A DNA stretch of 64,000 nt. It comes from a virus. Its lineage: Duplodnaviria > Caudoviricetes. Within the stretch, counting starts at the first letter, position 1. Every line of letters begins with the position of its first letter. Made by a program: the position numbers and the translations under genes. Positions 47,452 to 58,634 of the stretch are shown piece by piece. The stretch lies in IMG/VR virus record IMGVR_UViG_3300007214_000006. One strand, given 5' to 3'. Below the pieces are notes generated by a model. That model made no database searches, was not told the origin of the DNA, and saw nothing but the letters and a program-made list of their open reading frames with translations.

Positions 47452-48402
47452 TTATGGATAAATTTTTATAGTCCAACGAATGACTGAACTATGCAGAGTT
47501 GAAGATATACTGTTTATCTCAGATAATACAGAATTATGAATAACAAAAATATTTGACCTATATAAACTATTGTTCATAATTTCGTTATAATATAATCCAC
47601 TATTATTAATTTGACCTTTATTATCTAGCTTATAAACATTATCTTTTATAACCTTATTAATATCATATAAATATGATTCTCTGTCTTTTTGTATTAACAA
47701 TATATCAGATATAGAGTCTCTTTGAGAAGCATTTTCTGTATATATATGCAATAATACATCCTGATCAATAATATTATCAACACTACCTAATTGGTACGGA
47801 GTTTGAGATGTTCTAGCTATAGTCTCCACAATTATGCAGGGTAATTGGACTCTATGATTGGCCGTTATTATTTGCCCTTTATTTTTTGCAGAAGCATCTG
47901 GATCATATGATAATCTTTGTAGTTCTCTCCACCATGAGCATTCATGAGCTGTATATGTTTGTATATATCTATAACTATAATTTAATTTAATATTTGTTGA
48001 TGGTGGTTTTGGCGACAAGAATATAATCTGTCCCATAGGGTAGTTTATAGAATAGTTGTTGGGGCTAATACCAGTTGGGCCTGGGACAAAAATATTGTTT
48101 ATATATATGCCAGAAATAGGGGTCGGGCACCTATTATTATGGCACACGCCTGTTTCAAAAACCCAATCTTTTCTTGATCCTTCCCAAACCGTATTATTTG
48201 TTCTTGCTGGATCTTGAGATGGTTTTAAAGTCCCAAAATCTCCATTATATAATCCGCTAGTAGGAACATTAACATTGATAAATCCTCCTATACTTAAAAA
48301 ACTATAATCTAAAAAACTTTTAAGATTATCTTCTAATTGGGATATAGACGGTTTATCTGATATATTTTGTATATTATGAAAACCTAAAAATATATTACTC
48401 AT
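47452..48402 (-). CDS. Tail terminator/completion protein
   Basis: RVQLPCIIVE..DQDVLLHIYTENASQRDSISD; immediately upstream of the tube gene. Confidence 0.6.
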   Translation of the reverse strand: MSNIFLGFHNIQNISDKPSISQLEDNLKSFLDYSFLSIGGFINVNVPTSGLYNGDFGTLKPSQDPARTNNTVWEGSRKDWVFETGVCHNNRCPTPISGIYINNIFVPGPTGISPNNYSINYPMGQIIFLSPKPPSTNIKLNYSYRYIQTYTAHECSWWRELQRLSYDPDASAKNKGQIITANHRVQLPCIIVETIARTSQTPYQLGSVDNIIDQDVLLHIYTENASQRDSISDILLIQKDRESYLYDINKVIKDNVYKLDNKGQINNSGLYYNEIMNNSLYRSNIFVIHNSVLSEINSISSTLHSSVIRWTIKIYP

Positions 48403-49055
48403 AAGTTTCTTTCTAATATAGAATTTATGGTATTAATTAGGTCATTTTCTACAGACTCAATGGCTCTTGTTGTCCAATTATTATTTGCCGTTCCAATAAA
48501 TTCTGGTGGAACTCTCCAGTTTTTTGAACTGCTTATCATAATAGCATCACCAGATCTAGAATTAGGATTTGGCCCAAACTTTACTTGATAATTACGAATA
48601 ATAATATCTGTACCTTTTAATAATAACCATTCTAACCATGGTAATCTATATCCCCTATCCTCATCAACAACATTAGCGCTATCGTCAGACAATATACCTC
48701 CAAAAGTATCAGATGGTATCATTTTAATACTAATACCACCAATTAATCCAGTATTAATAATTTTTATGGGTAAAACTTCGACTATTAAAGTATTAACTAA
48801 ATTATCTATCACAATATTTACATTATTGATATTAGCTATACCAAATTCTTTTCTTAGCTGTCCAGAAGTTAGGGATTGATATTCTGGTTGAGATTGCAAT
48901 GCTTTGGATATTATAATTTTAATAGCTTGTGTCAGAGGATTGATGCTTCTTTGTAATCCTGAAGATATTTTATTGGATAAATTATTTAAAATTAAATTTC
49001 TGATTTCAGTATCTGATTCTAATAAGGAAATATTTAACCTCATTGTCTTCTCCAT
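48399..49055 (-). CDS. Neck/tail completion protein (HK97 gp10-like position)
   Basis: LPWLEWLL..WRVPPEF..NNWTTRAI; synteny; start possibly at 49043. Confidence 0.5.
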   Translation of the reverse strand: MEKTMRLNISLLESDTEIRNLILNNLSNKISSGLQRSINPLTQAIKIIISKALQSQPEYQSLTSGQLRKEFGIANINNVNIVIDNLVNTLIVEVLPIKIINTGLIGGISIKMIPSDTFGGILSDDSANVVDEDRGYRLPWLEWLLLKGTDIIIRNYQVKFGPNPNSRSGDAIMISSSKNWRVPPEFIGTANNNWTTRAIESVENDLINTINSILERNL

Positions 49056-49540
49056 GTGGTTATTATATAATCTAAATCACCTAAACCAGCAGGATTGACA
49101 TCTTCTATTCTCTCGTAAAAAATATTTGGAACACTATCGACCATCAGAGCATTAGCATTTCTTATATCTAAAGTATGATTTTTATGACATATAGTTTGTA
49201 TCGTACCATCTGGCACATTTATTGTTTTTGTGTTCATGTTTAAGAAATATTTGCTATCAAAAATTACAGCTAAATATATCTTTTTAGTAATATTATTATT
49301 TTGTTTACTTCCTATTCCCATACAAACAGGACATATTGTGTGATCTGGAAACGGTTCTGGTCCAGTATTATTATACAAGTTAGATGAAGCTTTTGTTATA
49401 GGATCATAAAAACAATTATTGCAATAATCTGCAGATCCATTATTGAATCTAAGAGTACATGAGTTTGTTAAACCGTTAGAGCTTAAAATATCATTAATCA
49501 TTATTTTATATGTATTTTTTAATATATTATTAATAATCAT
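49040..49540 (-). CDS. Head closure (stopper)-like protein with a CxxC/CxxC insertion
   Basis: Synteny; YCNNC..ICPVC; C-terminal GLGDLDYIITTWRR. Confidence 0.55.
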   Translation of the reverse strand: MIINNILKNTYKIMINDILSSNGLTNSCTLRFNNGSADYCNNCFYDPITKASSNLYNNTGPEPFPDHTICPVCMGIGSKQNNNITKKIYLAVIFDSKYFLNMNTKTINVPDGTIQTICHKNHTLDIRNANALMVDSVPNIFYERIEDVNPAGLGDLDYIITTWRRQ

Positions 49541-49740
49541 GATGAATAAATAACTCCAATTATTTTAGGATCTTCTATAATAGAAACTATTATATTTTGA
49601 TATTCAATTCGTGATGAGGCGGATATTTTTTGTTGCCTTAATACTATTAACTGGTTTTGTTCTGTTTTAGCAATATCGCTACTCACAGACGCATTCAGAT
49701 ATTCAGTATCCAAAGATGTGGTTGTGATTTGAACTCTCAT
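49537..49740 (-). CDS. Small hypothetical protein
   Basis: 67-aa ORF coupled to both neighbours. Confidence 0.55.
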   Translation of the reverse strand: MRVQITTTSLDTEYLNASVSSDIAKTEQNQLIVLRQQKISASSRIEYQNIIVSIIEDPKIIGVIYSS

Positions 49741-49742
49741 AT

Positions 49743-50816
49743 TTATGCTTCATATGGAGGGGGTTCATATGTAATAACCATATGCCATCCAGATATGCTT
49801 CCCGATGAACCTATATCTTCGTCTCTGATAATCAAAGACCAGTTTCCAGAACAGCTGTATCCAACCAATCCGGTTATAGAAGTATCAAAATTCTCATAAT
49901 TAATATTATCTAAAGTAAATTTATAATTTTGTTTTTTGTCTAAAATATTTAAATAATAATCATTAGAATTTCTGTTATTTAGGTATATGCTGGGTAGTGC
50001 TTTGTCAGAAAAGGCAAAGCTCAATCCACTACTTGGGTTATAATTTTTGATTTTATTGTGGCTAGATAATAATATTTTGTTTCCAGATGGCGGCACCAAT
50101 ATCATGGACAGATCTTGGGGATGAGAATGAGTTAATTTATCTATAGCTATTTCAATATTTGTAATTATTCCTGTATCCGGAATACTGATAGTACCACTAA
50201 TGGAGCCCATATCTGGTATATTCATATATGGCCCAGAATACATTTTGCCAAACATGTCCATGCCTTGACATAGGTATCCACAAAAATCTTCTTGTATAAT
50301 ATCACAAGGAGATATTGTTGTTGGCGTAGGAGTAGGCGTAGGATTCTCTCCAGTTGGTACGGGGGTACCTCCATCTCCATCTTCAGATATATTGGTTCCA
50401 TTGCTATCGTCACAAATAAGAGCATCGCACGGGGCGCAAATTCTTGAAGGATTGCCTCCAATACAATCTACAAAATTATTTGGAATAATCTCTATGCGTC
50501 CTGTGGAAATCCTTCTGCTATCTATGCTATCTGAATTAACATCTAAATCGTATACTGCGGATGTAAAAGTAAAATCTTTTGTTACAGAGGCTGGGAGGGA
50601 CCATGTTATGAACCCGTCCGAACTTTTAGATAGAGTGTAATTATTACACGCTACTTCGCTACCATAAATTCTGACAACATTAGTATTATCTTTCATTCTT
50701 AATCTAATACAATAATTAGTAAGATCTATGGGATTACTATTCACATCCAGATACTGAAATGTTATTTCAAAAAATGAACCTTGTTCTATAAAAAAATTAT
50801 AAATTGCTGCTGCCAT
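49743..50816 (-). CDS. Virion protein: N-terminal EQGS Ig-like module, Cys/Pro-Thr linker, C-terminal proprotein-convertase P-domain
   Basis: ITNIEIAI..LTHSHPQDLSMILVPPSG..SGNWSLIIRD..GSISGWHMVIT. Confidence 0.75.
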   Translation of the reverse strand: MAAAIYNFFIEQGSFFEITFQYLDVNSNPIDLTNYCIRLRMKDNTNVVRIYGSEVACNNYTLSKSSDGFITWSLPASVTKDFTFTSAVYDLDVNSDSIDSRRISTGRIEIIPNNFVDCIGGNPSRICAPCDALICDDSNGTNISEDGDGGTPVPTGENPTPTPTPTTISPCDIIQEDFCGYLCQGMDMFGKMYSGPYMNIPDMGSISGTISIPDTGIITNIEIAIDKLTHSHPQDLSMILVPPSGNKILLSSHNKIKNYNPSSGLSFAFSDKALPSIYLNNRNSNDYYLNILDKKQNYKFTLDNINYENFDTSITGLVGYSCSGNWSLIIRDEDIGSSGSISGWHMVITYEPPPYEA

Positions 50817-50824
50817 AATATTCC

Positions 50825-51337
50825 CTAGAAAAATTCTCTCATAGTATTATAATTACTTCTTAACATATCTGGTGTAAAATTATTCCCAACAAATGGACTA
50901 AGAACAGCTTTTGCCATAGTAGCCTGAGCTAAATCCCAATGAGCTGTTAATTCATCGTATGAAGCACATGGGCCATTGTTCAATAGTATTCTTAGTCCTT
51001 CCATACCTCCACCAACACTTAAACTAGCTGGACCTAATGCCGCCCTAACCCCATCCATAGCGGCTTTAGTTCTAATAGTACTTTGATCAATAAAACATGC
51101 TGCTTTAAGGGAAACTAGACCAATAAAAATTTCATCTTTTGAGTCGGTAGGATCCGGACTAATAGACGGATTTGTTACATCAATCGAATATGTTTGATCC
51201 AATGATACATCAAACTGGACATACTTAGCTGCTACAACAATTGTTTGCAATAGTCTTTCATCGCTATATTGTTGTTCTTCTCCAAAATCGTTTATTAATG
51301 TTCTAACGATAATTGGTAATTCTATGTTCCAAGCCAT
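50825..51337 (-). CDS. Head-tail adaptor protein
   Basis: IVRTLIND....YSDERL motif typical of gp6/gp15-like adaptors; synteny. Confidence 0.65.
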   Translation of the reverse strand: MAWNIELPIIVRTLINDFGEEQQYSDERLLQTIVVAAKYVQFDVSLDQTYSIDVTNPSISPDPTDSKDEIFIGLVSLKAACFIDQSTIRTKAAMDGVRAALGPASLSVGGGMEGLRILLNNGPCASYDELTAHWDLAQATMAKAVLSPFVGNNFTPDMLRSNYNTMREFF

Positions 51338-51377
51338 GAGCAGCTCCTAAATTGGCTAAATAATAGTTCTATATAAT

Positions 51378-51389
51378 AATAAATACACC
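51378..51389 (-). promoter_or_regulatory. Putative late promoter motif GGTGTATTTATT
   Basis: Intergenic, ~47 nt upstream of the adaptor ATG. Confidence 0.55.
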
Positions 51390-51400
51390 CAATAGTATTC

Positions 51401-51586
51401 TCAAAAGTTTTGTTCTAAAATAATCGAATCAATATTTTCTAAATAACTAGATACTACCATATTCACTTCTTCCTGAGTAGGATAGTGGTCAAATTTAAAA
51501 AATTGGGTTGAGTTTTCATCTATCTTGACTCGTACTCTGTATTTGTTTGCAGGATCAAGAAAAACTTCAGTAATGGTATAATTCAT
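51401..51586 (-). CDS. Small hypothetical protein
   Basis: 61-aa ORF with GGAG RBS. Confidence 0.6.
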   Translation of the reverse strand: MNYTITEVFLDPANKYRVRVKIDENSTQFFKFDHYPTQEEVNMVVSSYLENIDSIILEQNF

Positions 51587-51595
51587 AAAAACTCC

Positions 51596-54163
51596 TTACG
51601 CTTGTATTATAGTAATATCGTCTATATATCCAGTGTGCGTTGATCCTCCCCAACACTCTGCTAGTATTTCTACCACTCCAGTTTCTGTGGGAGTAAAATT
51701 TAAAGATACTTGTTCCCAAGTATCAGCAACGGCAGTCATACTACTTGTTATATCATTTGTTACTCCGGCTATTTGTCCACCTTTTATTTTTAATCTAAAG
51801 GATAGAGCAGTATTGGTCCTTCTCATCCAGGCTTTAATAGTTACCAAGCTGTTTGCAGAAACTGCTGTGGTTGCTATTTTAAAATCTAGCGGATAACTAG
51901 ATGTTCTCCAGGTAGCGTTAGTCGGAGCCATGGCCCATGCATATCCAGTATTACTATATCTAATAGAGGTTTGAGGTCTGATTGTTCCGTAATCAGTAGT
52001 AACTAAATGATTATTTGCTGTATTATCATGATTGGTACTATATATGCGACTATTTCCTCCTCCGTAATGATCTGATTCTGTCGATTCGTTTATGATACAA
52101 TTTTTGAGATAGTAGTCTCCGCCGAAAAGAAAGAATCCTGCACCTGTTCCGTTGTTATTGTTTGAAGTGGTGCAGTTAACGAAGGTTTCACCTTTTGCTC
52201 CGTAGTATCTAACACCATTTGTTATATTATATCTAAAAGTGCAGTTTTGGAATATATTGTCTGTACCACCGCTCTCTGCAAAAACTCCATAACTACTTGT
52301 GTTTGCTGTAATATTATTAATTCTATTATTACTAAAGCCTTGAACAATATAGAAGGCCGCACTGGTGCAACTTTTAGATATGACCTTTTGATAAATGTTA
52401 CTATTATTTCCAAAAATATGACTTATGTTCGGTCCATTGTTTGAACACGATCTTATTTCAGTATATGTGTTAAAACTTGTAGCGCTATTAAAATCCATAC
52501 CATAATCAGTATTTCCTATAGCATCCAAAAATCCGTGGGTAGAAGATTGATTAGTAATTAATCTTAATCCTCTCCCATATCTTACGAATCCAAATTTATT
52601 TGTATTAACATAGTTTTTTGTATTTATCACAAGTGGGTATCCGAACCCATTTAATCCATCAAAATAAGTTATGAGATTTTGAGTACTCATATTGGTCCTA
52701 TCCCATCCTCCCTCATAGTTAAAAGGAGCAGACACTGTTCCAGCCTCTTGAACTTCTTGTATAACAGAGCCAATAGCGGAACCCATAACAGTTTTTATGG
52801 TTTCTCTTTTATATGTGGTTACAGTTTCTGTTGTTCCGTCGTATCCCAACCTTGGCGTAGTGCTCGAATAAATATTCCAATTTGCTCCGTTGCCAAGAAA
52901 AATTCTAGTTCCTTTTATGCTCATAATAGGATACCAAAGTTCATCTGTCGTATTTTTGCTTATCAAAGATTGCAAACTAAGACTATCAGCGGATGAAGGA
53001 GCTTTGCAAGCAATAATATTGCTGATTAAAAAGGTTTGAGCGCCTCTGTCCGTATCAACGTACAAAGCAACGCTTGCTATACTGGTGCTCATTGCTGAAC
53101 CAAGATCTATAGTGAATGGAACCCACTGATTTAGGGCCACTATGGCAGGAACAGCAAAAGTATGAACACTGGTCGCTCCAGCAGCATCGGAGCATAGTCT
53201 TATACTTATATCACCATTTACTGTTATTGTGCCAGCGGTTTGTTTGATAAAAAAACTGAGCTGTTGATAACCACTCAGATTTAATGTTCCCGTGGCTTTA
53301 TACGCAGCAAGTCCGGTAGTAAAAGAAGCCCCAACTGCTATGCTATCACAAACATCTCCCTCTTTTGTGTCAGTATCCAGCAGTGTGGCTGTAACATTTG
53401 TGCTAGCTGTCCATGCTGTTCTTCCTTCTCCTCTGTTACCATGACTCGCTATACTTTGAGTAACAGCAGATGCCAGAGTTACTATTCTGTTGGTAATTTT
53501 TCTTAGTAACCCGCCAGAAGTCCATGCTCCTGTTCCTGTGGATCCGACAAGCTGACAAGTACTACCGCTTACTCCTGATACTGTCCAGACACCATTTGTT
53601 CCAATATTACCAGCCGTTCCAGTAATAAGAACAGTATCTCCGTTGCTTATACCAAGTGTTGCCATTGTGCTAGCACAAGTTACAACTATAGGAGAAGCAT
53701 TGGTTGCTGCAACAACGTTGGATGTCTGGTAATGAGAAGCGTCAGTCCAAGTGGCATTGCCTATGCTTGTGGGATCAGGACTACCCATAACTCTTATTGT
53801 GTCACCGGGAACAAGTCTGTTTGAAGTGGCTCCTGTTGTGCTTATTGTTTTCCACCTTCCTCCTATGTAATATTGACGAGATGAAGTATTGCTTAAGCCC
53901 GCTCCTCCGCTAATAGCGGCTATAGTCAAACTCGTGCTACTGACCCATGCTGTGATTACATAAGTTATATAAATATTAGGTATGCCGGAAGTATTTATGC
54001 TGATATATTGTCCTATCAAACTTCCGTCGTTAGGAAAATTAGCGCTGGCCGAACTAAAAGTTGAACCAGATATAGTGCCATCTGTACCGCTAACAAGAAC
54101 AGCAAAACTTGTTCCACCATAATTATCATTTCCATTTTCGTAGTCTACAAATAAAGTGGCCAT
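51596..54163 (-). CDS. Fibre/spike protein with right-handed beta-helix repeats
   Basis: NNRINNITANTSSYGVFAE..DNIFQNCTFRYNITNGV repeats; TNASPIVVT..GDTVLITG module; jelly-roll-like C-terminus. Confidence 0.7.
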   Translation of the reverse strand: MATLFVDYENGNDNYGGTSFAVLVSGTDGTISGSTFSSASANFPNDGSLIGQYISINTSGIPNIYITYVITAWVSSTSLTIAAISGGAGLSNTSSRQYYIGGRWKTISTTGATSNRLVPGDTIRVMGSPDPTSIGNATWTDASHYQTSNVVAATNASPIVVTCASTMATLGISNGDTVLITGTAGNIGTNGVWTVSGVSGSTCQLVGSTGTGAWTSGGLLRKITNRIVTLASAVTQSIASHGNRGEGRTAWTASTNVTATLLDTDTKEGDVCDSIAVGASFTTGLAAYKATGTLNLSGYQQLSFFIKQTAGTITVNGDISIRLCSDAAGATSVHTFAVPAIVALNQWVPFTIDLGSAMSTSIASVALYVDTDRGAQTFLISNIIACKAPSSADSLSLQSLISKNTTDELWYPIMSIKGTRIFLGNGANWNIYSSTTPRLGYDGTTETVTTYKRETIKTVMGSAIGSVIQEVQEAGTVSAPFNYEGGWDRTNMSTQNLITYFDGLNGFGYPLVINTKNYVNTNKFGFVRYGRGLRLITNQSSTHGFLDAIGNTDYGMDFNSATSFNTYTEIRSCSNNGPNISHIFGNNSNIYQKVISKSCTSAAFYIVQGFSNNRINNITANTSSYGVFAESGGTDNIFQNCTFRYNITNGVRYYGAKGETFVNCTTSNNNNGTGAGFFLFGGDYYLKNCIINESTESDHYGGGNSRIYSTNHDNTANNHLVTTDYGTIRPQTSIRYSNTGYAWAMAPTNATWRTSSYPLDFKIATTAVSANSLVTIKAWMRRTNTALSFRLKIKGGQIAGVTNDITSSMTAVADTWEQVSLNFTPTETGVVEILAECWGGSTHTGYIDDITIIQA

Positions 54164-55173
54164 TATTGATTCCTAGTAAGAGATGTTTGAAAAGTTTGCA
54201 TAATTCCATAAAATGTATTTGCTTCACTTTGTGTCATCTCAGCCCCTATAGAATATCCTTGAATTCTTGTGGGACATAATGATGATGCGACTCCTACATT
54301 ATTTAGAGCGAATACATATAAGCTCCAACTAGATATTGGAAAAGAAACACTAGTAGTGTTAGTAGAATCTGTTCTAGAGGTTGAGCCATTAGTATACAAA
54401 ACCATATTTGTAGAAGAGGTTCTTGTTACTAGATAGTGACCTCCACTATTAGTAGCAAATGACGCAACATTGGCAGGTGACCAAAATCCACGAATAAGAT
54501 TTATGCTATGGTTTATATCTATGCCTATTCCATTTGTCCCGTCAGCACCTCTAATTAAAACATTGGCTGCTGATGTTGACATCGCCCCTTTATGATAGCA
54601 ACTAACGTGTCCAATAGTTCCTATCTGATTGATTGTAACGCCGGTATCTAAATATTTTGTGCTACCATCTCCCAATAATCCTCCAGATACTCCAGTTTCT
54701 GTATAGTCTCCACTAACAAAATTAAAATTCCTATCTCCATTAGCAAATCCATAAGGAGAGCTATTCCATCTTCTACCAAAGTAAATAGGAAGCAAGCACG
54801 AAGTTAAATTGCTGCCACAGAATAAATTAAGTCGATAAAATTTATCTCTTAATCCAGCACTGTCAATACTATTACAAAAAGTATTCATAGCATTTAATGT
54901 GCCAGAACTTGCGGATCCTCCATTAAGTATCCAAAATTCAAGATCAGGATTGTAGTTAGTTGGAAGAGAAGAATATGTTGAAGTTAATCGGTTATTAAAA
55001 GCAGTCACAAATGGTTGTGCTTTATGAATATAGTCTAAACTCCATGTATTCTCATTTTTAGCAACAACTTCGACATATGGTTGAGCTTTGTATACCACAT
55101 CCATACTTAAGAGTTGACGTTTTTTAAGAAGTTTGGTCGATCTCTGATTAAAATTTTGTTTTGCACTAAACAT
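54163..55173 (-). CDS. Virion-associated lectin/LamG-like protein
   Basis: GLLGDGSTKYLDTG..HVSCY..GHYLVTRTS..LYVFA..YSIGAEMT resembles a concanavalin-like fold. Confidence 0.5.
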   Translation of the reverse strand: MFSAKQNFNQRSTKLLKKRQLLSMDVVYKAQPYVEVVAKNENTWSLDYIHKAQPFVTAFNNRLTSTYSSLPTNYNPDLEFWILNGGSASSGTLNAMNTFCNSIDSAGLRDKFYRLNLFCGSNLTSCLLPIYFGRRWNSSPYGFANGDRNFNFVSGDYTETGVSGGLLGDGSTKYLDTGVTINQIGTIGHVSCYHKGAMSTSAANVLIRGADGTNGIGIDINHSINLIRGFWSPANVASFATNSGGHYLVTRTSSTNMVLYTNGSTSRTDSTNTTSVSFPISSWSLYVFALNNVGVASSLCPTRIQGYSIGAEMTQSEANTFYGIMQTFQTSLTRNQ

Positions 55174-55175
55174 GA

Positions 55176-58100
55176 TTAACCATAATTTTGAGAAAAACTA
55201 CCATACCAATAAGAGCCATCACTAATAAAACTATATATATCTACTTTGCTAGCTAATATGGTGGCCGTTGGCGTGGCGCTATCTGCCCACCTTACTCCAC
55301 TAAAACTTGCAGTATAATTACCACTTCCGGTATTAAGAAACATTGTGAAACTCTTGCCGGCCGTTGTTGCTGGCATGGTAAAAGTGCAATTGCCCGTTAG
55401 TGTACAAGTATGCACAGTGCCACTAACTAAGCTTAATGTTTTGCTAGTGCCACTATTACCATTAGACACAACGCTTTCTGTGAAACTATCAAAAGTAAGA
55501 TTTCCATCAATATTAACATCTCCAACCACATCAAGCTTGACTGATGGAGTGCTTGTTCCTATTCCAACACTGCCAACATAATTAATACACATTCGTTCAC
55601 TGATGTTATTAGCTAGACCCGTAAAAAAACGTAATTTGCCAGCATCATAACTGCTAGAATCTGTTCCGGCCGCTATAGCGGCTAATTCTCCAACATCATC
55701 ATATTTATTATGAAATTTTAATACCACCCCACTCTCATTTGCATCATATATTTCTTTATAAAAATCAAAATCATGATCTGCTTTAATTTTTAAAGCTAAA
55801 CTATTAGCGGTGAAAAATTCTATTGGAACAGAACTAATGTTACCTATTTGTAATTTAGCAACGTTAGAACCTTGTGTTACAATCATGGCGCATCCGGCAT
55901 CACTTGTATTACCACCATAATAACCATGCTGATACCCTGTGCCGTGAACGAAAAACTGCATCACATTATTTTCCCAGGCATTAGAACTATTATTGCTTAG
56001 TGTGAACGAGCCCCTAGATGCTGCGTTAGTAACATTAAAATGAGCTAAATTAATATAGTCTGAGGATGTTGCATCGTTGATCTGAAAAGGTTGGGACTGT
56101 GCAGCGCCTAATATTGTTCCTCCGGCACCGCCAGCAGAAATTGCTAGTTTAGCATTTGGGGCATTAGTGCCTATGCCGATACGGTCCGCACTAGCATCAA
56201 GAAAGAATAAATTACTATCGGTATCTCCTTCTATTCTAAAATCATTATTTGCTCCATCCTCATTGAACACGGCTGATCCTCTGATATCCAGAGTTGTTCC
56301 CGGAGAACTTGTTCCTATTCCCAGTCTATTATTTGTCGCATCCCAATATAATTGGCCGCTATCAGCAACTATTCCGCTAGCACTGTTCCAATATGCTATA
56401 TGATTCGCAACACCGGTTCCGATAACAGGATTAACAATACTACTATTAATTGTAATAGTACCACTACCATTAGTTATGCTAATACCAGTACCAGCAGTGA
56501 GTGTATTAGCAGCTAAACTGGTGCCACTACCAATTAATAATTGGCCGTTACTATAAGTAGACCTATTTGTTCCTCCCTTGGCTACAGATAATACTCCAGT
56601 AATTTGAGAAGTATTAATATCGGAGAGTCTCGCTAAAGTGCCGCTGTCGGCTGGTAACTTAACAATAATATCATAACCAGGAGCATCTGACATTAATGTT
56701 GTAGAATATCCGACACCATTACTATCATTAACATCAAACTTTAGAATATCTCCATTGAACCCTGGGTCTATATTTCCTCTATCTATTTGAAAACCAAATC
56801 CACCAGCCCCTATACTAAATCTAGCTGGTCCGCCAACATTTATACCATTAAAATTACCAGTATTACATACTAAATCATTTATTCTCAAATTTCCATAAGT
56901 GCCAGGAGTATATATACCGCTGCTATTACTAGCTACTCCGCTACTCAACATTACGAATTGAGAAGCGCTAGTGTCCCAGCCCATAAATGCAGTTAAGGCC
57001 GTGCCTCTTATTAGTGCTAATCCTCTATCCAAAGTGTCTGTGGTTACTATATTACCACTAGCTAATCCTAGTGTGATAATAGGATCCTCAATCTCCATGC
57101 GATCCACATTGGCAGTCACTACTGATCCATTAACTGTTAGGTTGCCACCAACAACCAAGTCACCAGAAAAATTACCACTATTACTAGTTAACAATCCGCT
57201 AACACTTAATCCACTACTAAAAATACCATTACCTACAACGTGTAATTGGGAAGCTGGAAATTGTGTATTTATTCCTAATCTATTATTTGAACCAGTAGGA
57301 GTTATATATATAAAATCATTAATACTATTGATTTGAATATTAAAAACTTCTTGTCTTGTATAAGAAAATCCACCAGCACCACCCTGGGTCCAACTGTTGA
57401 ATTTAACTTTCCAATATCTATCTGATGGAATATGATTCATTATTAATTCTGAATCAACTATAAGATTACCAATATTACCTTCTCCCCATAAAGTATATAA
57501 ATTATGATATGTTCTTGATTGAACATTGGTTAAATTATCCCATCCATCATTATTCCACACTGTGCCAGAAGGAGAAAAAATGTAGCTCCAGCTATTTTCT
57601 TTAGCCAAATTATATATTGCTCCACCGGATCCTCTTGTAATAATTAATTCATTTGGTATTATTACATCATAATTATTAGAATATGTATTATCTGGATGAG
57701 TATAACTAATTATAGGAGCAGAAAGATCGTCTTGTTTGCTATTTAGTTGAGTTTGCACATTGACAGCGTTAATACTTAATGAAGTAAAATTTCCACTACT
57801 AGTTGGTACCCATAATCCACTAGCAGTATTGTATTGCAGGAACTGACCGTTAGTGACACCAGTAACAGCCACATCGTGTAATTCTTCCAACTCGTATCCA
57901 TTTTGAATTCTTACCTCAATAACGCCATCGGTTTGGTGTGTTCTTGTAATTGTGCCAATAGTCACAATATGACTAGGAGCATATGGTTTTATACTCGTTA
58001 ATCCTCCAGAAACTGTGGGACTCAAATACAAAACAGTACCATTAACATTGCCTTGAGGAGCAGATGGATTAAACTGATCTGTATTTAGACCACTTAATGC

Positions 58101-58583
58101 TCCAAAGACTATAACTTTACCTTCTTGGTTTATTCCAATGGTCTCATAAGTTAGTCCATAAGTTCCGGCACTACTAGCATCTGTTGTTGCTATTGCTTTT
58201 TGTATTGTTGGTCTGTCTCCATGACCGCCATTGATATAAACGGCGGTCATCTTATTTATGGATGCTCCTGTGTTATTAAAAACTGTGGTTATCAAAGATT
58301 GAGCATGCTCAACAGATCCCGTAACAGATATAGTGGCAGATGAGCCATTAGAACCTAGTCCTATGGTAATATTATTTCCAGCTAATAGTCCTGTTGGATG
58401 TATAGCCGTATAATACAAATTATTCCAGCCAGATCCGTTTATTCCTATTTTTAATTTTCCGGTATCTGTTTCGTATCCTGGTTCACCGGTTGCTAATACA
58501 GAATTAGAATTTGTCCATTCTGTGGAAGTACCTTTTCTAAATTGTATATTATTATATCTTGGCATCTGCTTCCCATGATTCAA
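55176..58583 (-). CDS. Fibre protein with an Mtd-N/hyaluronidase-type N-terminus (1135 aa)
   Basis: IQFRKGTSTEWTNSNSVLATGEPGYETDTGKLKIG; repeated RLGIGT beta-repeats; start probably MPRY at 58565. Confidence 0.8.
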   Translation of the reverse strand: MNHGKQMPRYNNIQFRKGTSTEWTNSNSVLATGEPGYETDTGKLKIGINGSGWNNLYYTAIHPTGLLAGNNITIGLGSNGSSATISVTGSVEHAQSLITTVFNNTGASINKMTAVYINGGHGDRPTIQKAIATTDASSAGTYGLTYETIGINQEGKVIVFGALSGLNTDQFNPSAPQGNVNGTVLYLSPTVSGGLTSIKPYAPSHIVTIGTITRTHQTDGVIEVRIQNGYELEELHDVAVTGVTNGQFLQYNTASGLWVPTSSGNFTSLSINAVNVQTQLNSKQDDLSAPIISYTHPDNTYSNNYDVIIPNELIITRGSGGAIYNLAKENSWSYIFSPSGTVWNNDGWDNLTNVQSRTYHNLYTLWGEGNIGNLIVDSELIMNHIPSDRYWKVKFNSWTQGGAGGFSYTRQEVFNIQINSINDFIYITPTGSNNRLGINTQFPASQLHVVGNGIFSSGLSVSGLLTSNSGNFSGDLVVGGNLTVNGSVVTANVDRMEIEDPIITLGLASGNIVTTDTLDRGLALIRGTALTAFMGWDTSASQFVMLSSGVASNSSGIYTPGTYGNLRINDLVCNTGNFNGINVGGPARFSIGAGGFGFQIDRGNIDPGFNGDILKFDVNDSNGVGYSTTLMSDAPGYDIIVKLPADSGTLARLSDINTSQITGVLSVAKGGTNRSTYSNGQLLIGSGTSLAANTLTAGTGISITNGSGTITINSSIVNPVIGTGVANHIAYWNSASGIVADSGQLYWDATNNRLGIGTSSPGTTLDIRGSAVFNEDGANNDFRIEGDTDSNLFFLDASADRIGIGTNAPNAKLAISAGGAGGTILGAAQSQPFQINDATSSDYINLAHFNVTNAASRGSFTLSNNSSNAWENNVMQFFVHGTGYQHGYYGGNTSDAGCAMIVTQGSNVAKLQIGNISSVPIEFFTANSLALKIKADHDFDFYKEIYDANESGVVLKFHNKYDDVGELAAIAAGTDSSSYDAGKLRFFTGLANNISERMCINYVGSVGIGTSTPSVKLDVVGDVNIDGNLTFDSFTESVVSNGNSGTSKTLSLVSGTVHTCTLTGNCTFTMPATTAGKSFTMFLNTGSGNYTASFSGVRWADSATPTATILASKVDIYSFISDGSYWYGSFSQNYG

Positions 58584-58634
58584 AATATCCCATATATCAT
58601 ACTATAATAATAAATTTAATAAACTTGTCTATAT

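Noticed and set aside
50315-50370. Short GTAGGC/GTAGGA tandem repeat
   Set aside because: Simply encodes a PTPTPT linker; not CRISPR or a regulatory repeat
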